Shown: positions 15,384-28,650 of the stretch, piece after piece
Layout of the letters: every line of letters starts with the position of its first letter
Position numbering within the stretch: the stretch's first letter is position 1
Assembly: GCA_951406725.2 (NCBI GenBank)
Contig: OX597816.1
Coordinates: forward strand, 97,402,001-97,466,000
Reading direction: 5' to 3'
DNA: 64,000 nt
DNA from: Octopus vulgaris
Lineage: Eukaryota
Position numbers and translations under genes: made by a program
Notes under the pieces: generated by a model
What the model saw: only the letters and a program-made list of their open reading frames with translations
What the model was told of the DNA's origin: nothing
Database searches by the model: none

Positions 15384-16399
15384 TAACGTCCACACATACT
15401 CAATCTGCCATATGTGTTTTGCATGTTTCACTTATAGTGCTCATAATGCTGGGTTTTGAAAGACCTGAATTTCATAGACAGGTGCTGCAACTCGCCTCCG
15501 ACTCGTGTCAAGATTGATAACTACAGATATTTCACCATTTTTGTGCCTTATCAACATCATATACCTGATTCGTACCGGGGACGGATCGAATCGCCAGTCG
15601 ATGATTATATACAAATAGTCTAAGAACCATTTGCAGGTATGCTACGACGGTGGTTAAGTAAGATTAAATTCATCATTGAATTTAATTTTACGTGCCAATG
15701 TAATTGTTATAGTATAGTTGAGTATGGGCAAAAATGAATTCGATACAACTGATAGATGAAAGCAAATTTGTTGAGACTCGTTAAAGTTTATCATAACTGT
15801 TGTCGCTACTTTCTAATCCTCAGCTTATGATCTAGAGATTAGATAAAATAATATGGTAATTATAGTTTTTATTTAGCCTTGATATAAACCGCCCATGTAT
15901 TGTTCTACTTATTTCTCTCTAGGTAGCTAATTAGATGATGCGTATCCCCAACTGAGCGTTGACATTCCAGTAAGAAGAGTCTACTTTCGAATCTATTTGA
16001 TGCACCGTTTTGCCTCAGTAAAAGATGGACGTCATTTCGTTTCTGCCAAACCGAGAGACTCTATACCTCATCACTAATTGCTTACACATCAGTCTGATGT
16101 GAGAATGGGGACGTGACCTCATCTATCCGATATTACATAAAACCCCAAAGCAGAACAAGTTTTTCTAATGGCAGAATTTAAATTATGATTTAATAAAAAA
16201 TACAAAATGAGTGGGTTGAGTAGTCGGAGACCACAGTGTTGGGGAAAACTAAGCTTTATAGGACCACATATGTGTATATTTCTTGGGAGCACAGCCACAT
16301 TATCACACGATCTCAATATTACAGTGCAATCATCGAAACTAATATCAAAAAGGGAGGGTATATAGAGGAACTTAGATCGAAACGTTTGCTACTACTTGA

Positions 16400-17260
16400 C
16401 CACTCGATAGTCAGTCTGTTAGATCTCAAAAAGTTTCCAGCTATTAACCTGAAAGCTCGGAGGACAGTTATCACCTGGTCATTTGTTATGGGTGACAAAA
16501 TGTCCTCCAGTAATTTCACATTACATAGTATTGTTGCTGATACTATCGGATTCCGGCCGAAAACAGTATGAAAACTAGCTTCATTGAAACCCTACCATAC
16601 TTTCCAGGATCCTTATGGACATGTATACGGTCCGCAGAGCCACCATGAAAAGAGAATACAACAAATTTAAAATGTTGAAGTATCAATATCTTCATCGCCA
16701 TGGTATAGCCATGTTCTAAATCTGAAAAGGATATCTAGATTGCAAAAGCTCAGAATGCCTACTGTCTACGATGACATGAAAATATTGATCTTGGAAAAAA
16801 AGTTCCATAGCACTAGCGAAGTCATCAGATAGTGCGAATCTATCGAAATACGGGCAATAATCGAATACTGACGAGAGCACTTTAACTAGCGCCGAAATCA
16901 CTTTTACCAACTGATCTATTACAAGAAACTTTGTGGAATTCTCATCATCCACCACCTGGAAGTGAGGTTAACCTGTGTTGCTGCTATAGAAAATATCTGA
17001 TGTTCTGGATAGATCACTATTGCAAAACAATCTTGTGGAGTGAATAGCTGTGTCTTTGTGTAATTGCCTTTCTTTGTTACATCTCTGGAATTCTAACCAC
17101 TAGAAGGTATATTTCACCAGTGGAAGCATGCAAACCTCGTCAACATCTACGAAAAGCGTGATGACAAATCTATTTACCTCATAGGGTTATAACATTCTCG
17201 TCTATTAGTGGGTAGAATCTAACTGCGACCATGCTGTAAAGAGTGCAAAGTTTCTTCCGA
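16400..17260 (+). mobile_element. Decayed RTE-type LINE fragment
   Basis: QWKHANLVNIYEKRDDKS..HRVIT at about 17118-17195 resembles WKDA.IV.IYK.KGD...YRGI; boundaries approximate. Confidence 0.55.
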
Positions 17261-17820
17261 TTGGTTTGTGCCCTATATGATTCAGATCTAGATTCATATC
17301 TGAATAAGATATAATTTGATTTTGTTTTCCCAGAATGAGCAGGAGCAATTACATTCTCAAAAAAATTAGATATATTAACATCAGCTTAACATATTTCCCA
17401 AAAGTATTGTGCGATGGAAGAATATAAAGCTGTCTCAAATGTTACTAGTCTGAAATCTCTTCTAATGATAAATTGTAGACAAATGAATGTGTGATGTGCC
17501 AGAATATACTACAATTGCCAGTGGAGTCCGATTATAAGTTCAAGTGATAGTAAACGTCAAGGCTATATTAATGGAGCGAATGTGGCATGTGACCGACTAA
17601 TCAACAAGTCATCAGTATTGCCAAAATTAAACACTCAAATTGATTGTATGCAACTAACATTAAATTATATATCTATATATATGAGTATATAAGGATTACA
17701 ATGGGTTTGAGAGTGTAAATAATTGTATCCTGTCCTGGTAATTTAAATTTCTAGTTAATGTAATTTTTTTGTGTTATTATAACACTCCATATTTCCTTAC
17801 CTTTTACTGGTGAAATAGTT

Positions 17821-17868
<48 letters not shown>

Positions 17869-17980
17869 GCACCAGCACCATCACCACCACCACCGCCACC
17901 ACCACCACCACTACAACAACTACTACTACTACTACTATTACTACTAGTACTGTAACTACTACTACTACTACTACTACTAC
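17821..17980. repeat. (CTA)n/(CCA)n trinucleotide microsatellite
   Basis: Seen directly. Confidence 0.95.
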
Positions 17981-19079
17981 ATATTGAAATGTATGCATTC
18001 GCATATATATATATTCTTTCATACATATACCATACATATACATACACACACCGATTCACTTATATTCATGTAACCTTACGAATGTAAGATTTCTTTATCC
18101 ACAGAGTCAGTGGGAGAGTGGGTCATTTTACTTACGGGTACTGTCAAGCCGATAGACTTGCACTCCAGAGCAGATATTCTTTTATTCGTTCATTAATATA
18201 CCACCAACTCAAGCAGTTGGACCGGTACAGCCATTAGCATAATGATTCGCCTGAGATATTCCTTACGTGTATTTATGTTTGGTTTTCAAATTCCAGGAAG
18301 TCTAACTTTCTTTTTCAGCTCTTAGGAATTCGATGAAAAATAGTATCTGCTTGAATAGTGCCTAAATTAAAAATTATTATGCCTTCTACTTAAAATTTAC
18401 ATGGTGTTCTTATGAATTTTAACATTTTGTTATCACTTCGAAAATTTCCGATACCTCGTCTTCAACACTCTCTCGGTAACTATATTCTTTTATTGTTTTA
18501 TATGTATACACAGAGAGGTTTAGTTATTTTCTTGTTCTTCGCTTGCATTGCCCAATATTTATGTATGTATGCTTAATATCATAAGTTAATTTTTTTTAAT
18601 TATTGAATTATTAATACAGTAGTTAACCGTTTCCGTTTCTAACCAGCGTAAGTATTCAAGAATCAAATCCTTTTAATTTTAAGCTCACATTTGAAGAGGA
18701 ATTGCTTTAATTACTCCAGTTATTAATTTTATAATTGTATAAACGCCAGAAGATCTCAAGTTATTCTAATAAACTTGGTCTTAATATTTTTACTGTTTTT
18801 ATCGTTATTACTATTGATACATTTAAATCAACAACCACACTTGCCTCATAAATTTCATACAATTAGCTGCTATTGTTTACACACATTCATATATATGAAA
18901 TTTTCTCCCTAAAACTATTTTACTTCCTCTTTCTTTGCTATTCTCTTCTATTTCTTCCTTCTTTTCTTTTTAATGCTTTCCTACTTCTCAACTTGAAGAT
19001 ATTTCGATCCTTGTTTTTCATTCTTAATTTTTTAAACACTCAAACTCGATGTATGTATGTAAAATAAAATCTTTTCAAT

Positions 19080-19303
19080 TGAAATTTATAGAAAAACTCC
19101 AATCAAGGGAACTCTCGCTTTTCTCTATACTTTCTTCTTTCTCGCTGTCTCTCTTCACTATCTCTCTCCATATTTCGCTCTTTGCCTTGTACAGTTGGTA
19201 ATACACTTTAACATAATTGTCATATATACTTTATTTTTTTTAATAACATTCGTTTGAAACGATCGTAATCCCGAAGCATATTGCAATTTGGTCACTGTAT
19301 TAT

Positions 19304-19346
<43 letters not shown>

Positions 19347-19562
19347 GGATAATACAGTGACCAAATTGCAATATGCTTCGGGATTACGATCGTTTCAAAC
19401 GAATGTTATTAAAAAAAATAAAGTATATATGACATTTATGTTAAAGTGTATTACCAACTGTACAAGGCAAAGAGCGAAATATGGAGAGAGATAGTGAAGA
19501 GAGACAGCGAGAAAGAAACGATCGTAATCCCGAAGCATATTGCAATTTGGTCACTGTATTAT

Positions 19563-19623
<61 letters not shown>

Positions 19624-19849
19624 GGATAATACAGTGACCAAATTGCAATATGCTTCGGGATTACGATCGTTTCAAACGAATGTTATTAAAAAAAATAAAG
19701 TATATATGACATTTATGTTAAAGTGTATTACCAACTGTACAAGGCAAAGAGCGAAATATGGAGAGAGATAGTGAAGAGAGACAGCGAGAAAGAAGAAAGT
19801 ATAGAGAAAAGCGAGAGTTCCCTTGATTGGAGTTTTTCTATAAATTTCA
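19080..19849. repeat. Nested inverted repeat centred on (TA)n tracts
   Basis: Arm 19080-19306, (TA)n, partial inverted arm 19344-19514, partial direct arm 19515-19566, (TA)n, full inverted arm 19622-19849; arms almost identical. Confidence 0.95.
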
Positions 19850-20357
19850 GTTATATATATATATAATAAATATATACACACACACGAACGCACGCGTGCA
19901 CACGCGCCTACAGACATATACATGCACATAGACACACGCGTGGGAGAGGACCTCCGTCGTTCGACGGTTAGAAATTAGGTCTTCTAGCAACTGAAGTACC
20001 TGCTGTACTGAAGCACATGAAGTGTAATTGGCTAAGCATTCGACAAACACTTGCACTGTTAACGTAAATCGCACACAGAATTAGCGCGAAACAATGCGTA
20101 AAGAGGTCGTAACTTTTGAACTGGTGGTACATCTCATCTAACAGACGTCTAAGGAGTTTTGTCGACCCAATTTCATTCACAAAGTATGGGTGAACTCGGT
20201 GTCATAGAGAATGGCATTTGTGCAAAATGCCCCGCAGTTGTCGTTTACACTTAGCGGTTATATATCAAGTATAGATCAATTAAAATTGAATACTTAGCTT
20301 CAGCTGTCCTTCTATCTGCCTTTCTATGTTTACCTCTTTGTGTGTCTGTACGCATAC

Positions 20358-20359
<2 letters not shown>

Positions 20360-20390
<31 letters not shown>

Positions 20391-20524
20391 TGTATGTATG
20401 TATGTATGTATGTATGTATGTATGTATGTATGCGTGCATGTATGTATTTTTTTTTTAACAAAACTGTCCGACGAACGGGAACCTGAAACTCCGAGTAACA
20501 GGTTTTGTTGAATTTCTGCTGCTT

Positions 20525-20600
<76 letters not shown>

Positions 20601-20769
20601 CCTGTCAGAGTCTATGTGTGTGTGCGTGTATGTGTCTGTGTACATGTGTGTACGAGAGTGTGTGTGTGCTTTCCACATCTGGGGATGAATTAAGGTGACA
20701 TCATTTCACGTGCACTTGTGTCTTTTAGCTATCTATGTATGTATGTACGTACGTATGTATGTATGTATG

Positions 20770-20800
<31 letters not shown>

Positions 20801-20817
20801 GTATGTATGTATGTATG

Positions 20818-20852
<35 letters not shown>

Positions 20853-20860
20853 GTCTATCT
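20360..20860. repeat. (TATG)n, (TA)n and (TATC)n microsatellites
   Basis: Seen directly. Confidence 0.95.
20455..20512 (+). ncRNA. Hammerhead-like motif with core variant CCGACGA
   Basis: aacaaaactgt CCGACGA acgggaacct GAAA ctccgag TA acaggttttgtt; long stem I. Confidence 0.55.
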
Positions 20861-20904
20861 GTTTACATATATATTTCTATGTGTGTATGCGCGTGCGTAT
20901 GTTT

Positions 20905-21152
20905 GAAGGCGCGTGGCTTCGTGGTTAAGGTATTCGGCTCACGATACCATTCTGTCTTTGAGGAAGACACTTTATTTCACGTTGCCACATGTCTACTTGA
21001 GTGGCAAGAATGAGTAGTACTTGTATTTCAAAGAGCCAACCGTGTCACATTCTGTGTCGCACTGAATTTCTCTAAGAACTACGTTAACTGTACACGTGTC
21101 TGTAGAGTGTTCAGCCACATTCACGTTAATTTCACGAGAAAGTTATTCCGTT
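20905..21152 (+). mobile_element. tRNA-derived SINE (family C)
   Basis: ggcgcgtggcttcgtggttaagg head; body gaactacgttaa...cacgttaatttcacgag also present inverted at 59030-59135. Confidence 0.65.
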
Positions 21153-21173
21153 AAGCGAAAAGAGTTATATATC

Positions 21174-21209
<36 letters not shown>

Positions 21210-21469
21210 CGTGCGTGTGTGTGCTTGTGTGTGTGTGCGTGCGTGTGTGTGCTTGTGTGTGTGCGTGCGTGCGTGTATGTGTGCGCGCGCGCGTGTGTGT
21301 GTGTGTGGAAAGGTGGGTATGCATGTATATATTAAGAGTATATCATCTCACTGCTGGAGGTTAATGTATTGCACTTTTTTTAAGTGCTTTAAAAATGAAT
21401 TTCGCCTGCGTTGTAAAGAGATTATCTTACCGACTAACTTTTGCCGAAATGAAGATGTGATTATCTGTT

Positions 21470-22168
21470 AAGACGGATAATATATGAAGGACTCATAGGA
21501 TAAATTATTTACATTTTGTCTATCTGCCTGGTTATCAAGCAACCCATGTATCGCTTAAAATCTTGCAGATATATCTGGGGAAGTGAAGCAACGGTAAATG
21601 TATTGCATCAACTGCATAAATTTGTATGTAATATGTGGAGTAAAAAAACCCCAGAATTGGTCCCTTGGGCAGTGGAAGAATTGTGTGTGTGTGCGTGCGT
21701 GTGTGTGCTTGTGTGTGTGCGTGCGTGCGTGTATGTGTGCGCGCATACATTTGACCCAGATTGACATCTTCCAACTGTTAAGGAGGAGGATGATCTGTGA
21801 TAATCTGAGGGGGCTATATCATAGAAATCCGCCGGCCTAGTGGCTTCTCTTCATGACAGAATTAATAGTGAAGACTATTTAAGCATTTTATCTGATCAAA
21901 TTTATTCTATGTTTGCAGAACTGCTCCCGGAGGGAAACGCAGTATTTCAGGATGATAATACACTAATTCAAACAGCTAAAGTTGTTACTGAATGGTAGAA
22001 GGAAATTCTAGTGAAGTTGAACGTCTTATCTGGCCATCACAGTCCCCAGATCTCAATATTATTGAACATTTATGGTGCATTTTAGGAAAACAAGTAAGGA
22101 TTCGATATCCTCCACTATCATCACTACAAGAACTGGAGCCTGTTTTAACAGAAGAATGGACAGAAATA
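21470..22168 (+). mobile_element. Decayed Tc1-like (DD34E) transposase fragment
   Basis: QNWSLGQWKN, then FQDDN and WPSQSPDLNIIEHLW (ORF 21992-22207), then LQELEPVLTEEW. Confidence 0.85.
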
Positions 22169-22185
22169 TATGTATATATATATAT

Positions 22186-22440
22186 AATAATAAATATTAG
22201 GGAATAAATCCAAATTTACAGGGAAAAATCAGATTTAGGATTGAATCCAATTTTATAGTAAAATATAATATAATATTAATTAGAGACAAAACCACTATTA
22301 TGCAAATCAAACAAAGAAAGACTTAATCCAATACATAAAAAATTTTATATAAATTAAATAAAATTAAGTTATCCACTACAATTGTTTCCTGTCACTTCTA
22401 AGGACATTCATCAGGTGGTTTCAAGATCTTCTATTCAATT
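22186..22440 (-). mobile_element. Penelope-like terminal (pLTR-type) fragment
   Basis: Abuts (TA)n and contains a hammerhead; the first ~140 bp match 47586-47735. Confidence 0.6.
22373..22418 (-). ncRNA. Minimal type-I hammerhead ribozyme motif
   Basis: Minus strand: ccac CTGATGA a tgtc cttagaagt gaca g GAAA caattg TA gtgg. Confidence 0.8.
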
Positions 22441-22747
22441 TTAAATTATGAATATATATATATATATATATATATTAAAATGAAACAACAAGTTTATAGG
22501 ACATTTATAAAGAGGAAGGTAGTCTTACAGATGTTTCTGGGATATTAGAGATGTCTCTTCATGAAGCACGATATGAGAGAGTTAACAAGAGGGAAATAGT
22601 AGAGTTCAATATAAGGATTTATTAGAATCCTCACATTAGACTCCTCACTCGTATTATTATATAGCCGGGGATCTAACTACGGTCATCCCGTAGCACTTAC
22701 ATAGCCTTACTTGCTATCTTGGGTCTTCTGAATACCAATACCTCTCA

Positions 22748-23900
22748 TCTATATACATAAATAAGTAATGGTGTCTGTCTGTTTGTGTGTTGGGGGTTAC
22801 TCTAACTCCTCCCACACCGTCCAACCGATTTTAATGATTTTTGGATCATAGAAAGATCCCTTCCCCTGAAATCCAAATAAGGCCGGAATGTTTCGAAAAC
22901 TGCATCATGCTCAGTTGGCATCGATTTTTGTGAGCTCAGTTAGGCGTTTGAATGGTAATTCCCATAACGATGTTATTATCCCTGCACGTTTTGCATTTTT
23001 TGTCCGATTTTGATAAAAATCGATGAGTGTGCGAGGCTCATGGCAGTGAGTTGGTGTCAGCATATGGCTTTGACAAAAAGTGGATAATTGCGCCTGAGCA
23101 GTGGTTTTATAAAGTCAATAGGCTTTTATTTCTGGCCGTAACTTTTATATCTTTATCCGATTTTAATGAAATTTGAGATGTAGTTAAAATTTGTGGTTAG
23201 AGAGACTGTAAAGGTGTTTATTTAAGTCAAAAGGCCTCGAAAAGTGTACAAATGCAAATAAGCATTTCCTTAGAGACATTCTTATCGATTTTGTAGAACA
23301 TTTTACACGTGATTGCAGTTCATGCCTATTAGTTGATGCCAGCATGAAGCGTTGACAAAAATAGATAATTGCAAGTGAACAGGGAATCTTATGAAATCAA
23401 TAGGCTTTTTCGTATGCAATTACCTATAAGATTAATATTTTATGTTTTAACTTTTACAGAATTCATCCGATTTTGATGAAATTTGACTTTAGGTAAATTT
23501 TATGGTGCGAGTTATGCAGTAGAATTAAAATTAAACTGGTGAAAGGCAGAAATCTTCAAAATTCTCTCACAATAAAACAATGAACTGATTTTGAAGAAAA
23601 TTGACCCATAAGTTAAATTAAGCACTTCGACATATGAAACATCGATTATTCATATAATGTATTGAGATTTAAAAGTCAATGGGATATTTTCATGTAAATG
23701 GTCACAGGATTTCTATACAACACTTTCCTTCGGATTTTACTGATATTGGACACGCTGATCAATTTTGTACAGAGAGTGGCATTGAGGGGAGAGAAATAAA
23801 CAAACATCACTCTCAACGGGTCTCGGAACACCCAAAAGTTTGACTGCGATTTCAGACAGTCCAGTATGTGAGAGTATGTCGAAAGTTTTAACCGGGTAAA
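22748..23900 (+). mobile_element. Probable Helitron-like non-autonomous element with internal subrepeats; 3' end unresolved
   Basis: A|TCTATATACATAAA..gtgtctgtctgtttgtgtgt 5' end resembles the other two copies; recurring ccgattttRatgaaa motif; about 280 bp internal duplication. Confidence 0.5.
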
Positions 23901-24032
23901 ATCCCTGCCGAACATCTTAATGGGTAATAGTTGCCACGAAAAACATAGAAGATTTCATTACAAGGTCAGAGGTGGGCTTAACTTCAACACGGAAAACACA
24001 AGCAACGACAGGTCCAACAGGATATATATAGG

Positions 24033-24074
<42 letters not shown>

Positions 24075-24296
24075 GACAGAGAGACAGAGAGACAGACAGG
24101 CAGAGAAAGGGGATATTTTGGTTAGATGATTTGTTCAACATAACTCTTCAAGGCGTTGCCCCAGAATGGCCACAGTTCAATGAGTGAAACAATTATAAGA
24201 TAATATATCTGCCTCATTACTGGATTAGTTAATTCTTGCATACGACCAATTAATAGAAATTGACAACTTGAAAAGTAAATATCAGCTCATTGAAAG

Positions 24297-24465
24297 CATC
24301 TGGTTGGGAAGCAAGCTTCTTTTCTACTCTAGGCACAAGGCCCGAAATTTTGTGGGATGGGGCCAGTCGATTAGATCGACTCTAGTCCGCAACTGGTACT
24401 TAATTTATCGACCCCGAAAGGATGAAAATGCAAAATCGACTACGGCGAAATTTGAACTCAGAACA
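24297..24465 (-). mobile_element. SINE family B fragment carrying the same B-A junction
   Basis: Reverse complement of about 35600-35772. Confidence 0.75.
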
Positions 24466-27400
24466 AAAAGACACACGAAAACCAGCAGTAGCATTGCGAA
24501 ACTGATGATTGCTTAATATGTAGTCCTAAAATCGACTCCTCTTACGCAGAGAAGAAAAAAAAACAGTGATACTTTCCATTAAGCTGACTCATCGCTGATA
24601 CACAATGCGAAGACAAACGTTTTATTGTTGTCCTACAATCCAATGGATCATACCATAGGTATCACCCAACTAACGCAATGTACAATAGCAGAATCATTGA
24701 AGCACACTTGGTCTGTTACTTCTTACACTTCAGGAGACAACACGTTGATTTCCATAACAAGTTATTTACAACTATTTCACTAATGTTTTATACCTGATTT
24801 AAACAGAATTGTTCCTGTTTAAATATTTTGTTGCTTTTGCTTTTGTTTTTTTTTCCCTCACACGACAACTATATTTAATTAGCTAAATTATCGAAAATTA
24901 ATTTTATTAAAACGACAAAGGTGTCCTTCTTTTTTTGTTGAAATTATAAATGAAATTTGTTAAAACTATTTGACTCACGTAAGTTTAATTTTAATTTTAA
25001 ATTTATTATTGTTTGGTTTATGGTGGCTGGTGGTGTATGATTTTATTATATTTGTCGCTTTATTATGTTGCGTTGCATAAAGAAATCATTGTTATTAAAA
25101 ATAAATAAATCATTATGTTGGTGATGCTAGTGTATATTGTTGTTGTCGTTGTTGTTATTATTATTATTATTAGTATTTTTAGTATTATTATTATTAGAAT
25201 AGTAGTAGGAGTATTGGAGATGAGGTGCGTGTGTGAGGAGTTGTCATGGACACAGAACCTGAAATATATTGGTGAAGAAGAAATGTTAAAGAAGTGTGAA
25301 AGAGAAGATTCAACAGTAGAACGTAAGCAGATGTGTAAGAAATTGAACAGAGTTTCCAGACGAGAGAGACCGAAGTGGAAGAGTAAAAATATTGGAAATA
25401 AAAGCAGACGAATAATTTGAAAGAGAATGGGAAAATCAAGAGAAGCGGAGTGGTTTTGGAGAAGGTAGAAGTAGGAAATAACGTCAGTGAGTAAATGAGA
25501 AAGGTGTATGCGAAAAGAGAGATGAGGCTATATGTGGAGAGAGGGAAGTAGAGAGAAAATTGAATTAGCATGTTATGGGTCACACAGTGGTGAGATCCTG
25601 GAATTCAATTGTTTGATAGTTAGACAGATAGAAATAGTTATATCAGTAGATGCAGAGATAAGGAGAAGGGGTGAAAATGTTGTGAAATGTAATTGAGAAT
25701 ACATTAAATGGAAGTTAGGAAAGAAATGTAAGAAAAGCATATGTTCCTTGGTAAGGAAGAGAGACGAAAGTAGTGATACGAGGGAAAGAAAAACGAAACA
25801 AGGGAAAGAAGAAACTAGAGAGAGAGGTAGAGAGTGAGTGAGAGAGAGTGGGGAAGAAAAGTAAAAATAAGGCTGAGAGGAAAAACATGAAAAAAAGAAA
25901 GGAAATACGAAAAGGGAAGAAAGAGAAAATGTCGCGAAATTCACAGCGCAAAGGGGGCATTGAACGAATAAGAGACCATTATAGAATGAGGGAGAGTTTA
26001 ATTGAAAGAGAAACCCGGTGATTTTATTATTAAATTTTAACATTGGTCTACTATGAAATAATGAGAACATTGCTGTGGAAAATGCCTTGGGGAGAAGGGG
26101 CACCCTTTATGCTAAACATAACTACAGTAGAGTCTCCTATGTGTAATGAAGTCAGTTGGGAAACTTCGATTAAGCCGGACATCCATGCACTCAGTAAACT
26201 AAATATGCCTTGAGGAATATTTAATATCTTAAAATCAAACGTATAAAACAACTTGAATATTTTTCATAACCTAGATAACATACGAGAATAGAATAGAGAA
26301 TTAAATAGATAAAGTGCAGCTCTGTATATGCTGCCGTATATCTGCTCAGTCACCAAGCTCCACAGTTATCCATTTTGCCAGACGTACGCTCTAATTAAGC
26401 AGATCTATGATATTAACTGTTTCATTTTAATATGTCCAAAACTACTTAATTCAATGTTTTATTTCTTTAATATGACATGATCCTAGGGAGATTAGATTAC
26501 ATATCTTGCAGGTTTAGCAGAAGCACAGCAGGTATAGAAAGTCCTTCACCTCAGTCTACTTTATGTTCGTAATTGAATTCGAAGACACCTACTGATGAAA
26601 CATCTAAAGCCAGTACAAAAATATATGATTTAATGCATTTGGCTGACGGACTGATTAGGGTTCTTACGATTTAAATATTTTCAACTGTGCAACAACATTA
26701 CATAAAACTCTTATGATATTCCAATTTCTATGTTTAATACTGTGTTTCTCGAGTTTTCTAGTTTTTGATTTAGGCATAACTTTTTTCAAGACTTCACTTA
26801 GAATTCTAAATGAACAGCTATAACTGTTGTTTGTCTATATTGAATTCATCATTGCCTTTTCTTGTAGTGTACATCTCGTCTTTCTAAGCCTTTGTATGGA
26901 ATAATGTCGTTATTTAGTATTGTATTTCGTCACTAATTGATCTAGTTCCGAAGCACGTTTCTGACGACACTGGTATTGTTTTCTAAATTAGACTCAATTC
27001 CTCTCTCGTTACCAGAAAGTGATTCTTTATTTATATTTTATAAATGTTTCCATTGAACGCAATTCTGCTAGGCATATTCTTAGGATTTCCAATAAATGAT
27101 TTGTATCCCTACTAATTTCCACCCAGTCATTCTTGACCCCACTTATAAGATATTTTTCTAATTTCTATGTCCCTCAGTATCCTCCAGTGCAATGCCTTTT
27201 CCATTTTGTCTGCTGGTGTCATCAGAAACGTTTCCTCGATATTGTGAGAGGTAAGATTCTCCGTTTTATTTTCCTTACTATTGTCTGTCTCTTTCCTATC
27301 TCACTTCCTGAAAACTGATATTTAAAATTTTTCACTTCTTTCCATTCTTTCCAAATATATCTATTGCGGAACTATCTTTTTTGCTTTCCTGAGAAGTATC

Positions 27401-28049
27401 GCCTTCATTCTATTAAATCCAACGTTGATTGTTTTTTAATTCAATAAGCAGATTCTCATTACGTATTTCTCTTTTGATTTTCTAATATCTTTTATCCTTG
27501 TTTCAGATCTATTCCATTTCTACATGTTTGCTGGCTTAATGGGTGTCATTATTAAAAGAAATGCATAAGAACTAAATATATTGTTAATATAAGCTTTACG
27601 AATTTAAAATTGATATCGGATTACTATTCGCAATACAGATAAATTATTCGCAATACAGATAAATCAATATATTACACTTGACATTCACTATTAATACTGT
27701 AAAAGATAAAAAGTGGACAGATGTATGTAGAGCATGTGCAGGGGTAGGTTTCCAGCGGACAAATGCCTTGAGGACGAAGAAATGAAGTTGTTGCTAGAGT
27801 GAGTAACAAGAAAAGGGTGGTCAGTTATCTTGGAGTGCCATAGAAAAGACGACTCGAGGTAAGTCATGTCTGAGGAGAAAAGTCTCTGAGTGTACTACCA
27901 GTAGAAAATCGCAGAAGGAGAAAACAACTCATATGTGGACCACAAGTTAAGTGTGATGTTCAACGTCGTCAGGTAAATCAGGAAGTGAGTTGTGTATTTC
28001 GACGCACTGTAACAGCAGAACTCTCACAAATGGGATGTAGTATAGCCTC

Positions 28050-28650
28050 GCTGTTCTCGTATAAACTTTGTAAATAATTAATAGTTCACGGCCTCTGGAT
28101 TAATTTCAGACTCTGGGAGAAGGTCTGACTTTGTATCACGCAGGCATCGCTATGTTGGGTATGTGCGTTCTCCAGAAAATATACTTAGTCAAGGAGAGAA
28201 CAAACCTTCGCAACAAAATGGAGGATTCTATTTGCATTATGTTTAGAGGTGGGTGGGATAATATTTTCTTGATATACATAATAAGAGCATATTTCAGTTG
28301 TGGGAAAAAGTATAATTCGCATGAATCTATTTCCATAAGAGTGGCTTGAACAATCGGTGTCAGAAAAGAATTTGACATTAGGTACTTGGGTGGCATATGG
28401 ATGATATTTGTGTAAGCAGAGTTGCTGGGTATGGACTGCAGAGCAAGATTTATTACATAGGAGTGCCCTTTGTTGGTGTGGATGGAAACGCTGTGGCAGT
28501 GGCCCATGGGAGAAGACATGAACATAGACGGAGTTCATAGGTGGGCAGTTTTATCCATGATTCACGTGCCAGAATGGTCCAATTCGTTGCTGACCATTAG
28601 TGGAGTAAAATATATAACAATGACATCCTTCATCATTTTGAATCCCTCTC
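28050..28650 (-). mobile_element. Possible decayed Penelope-like RT fragment
   Basis: Minus-strand SAYTNIIHM and FKPLLWK resemble PSYANIFM and KP.LWKRFIDD; heavily degraded. Confidence 0.4.

Noticed and set aside
25180-26100. Long ORFs in a purine-rich tract (also 45650-46200)
   Set aside because: Low-complexity composition explains the open frames; no domain similarity
26900-27500. Possible PLE relic on the minus strand (TPADK, RDTNHLLE)
   Set aside because: Only two short motifs; insufficient
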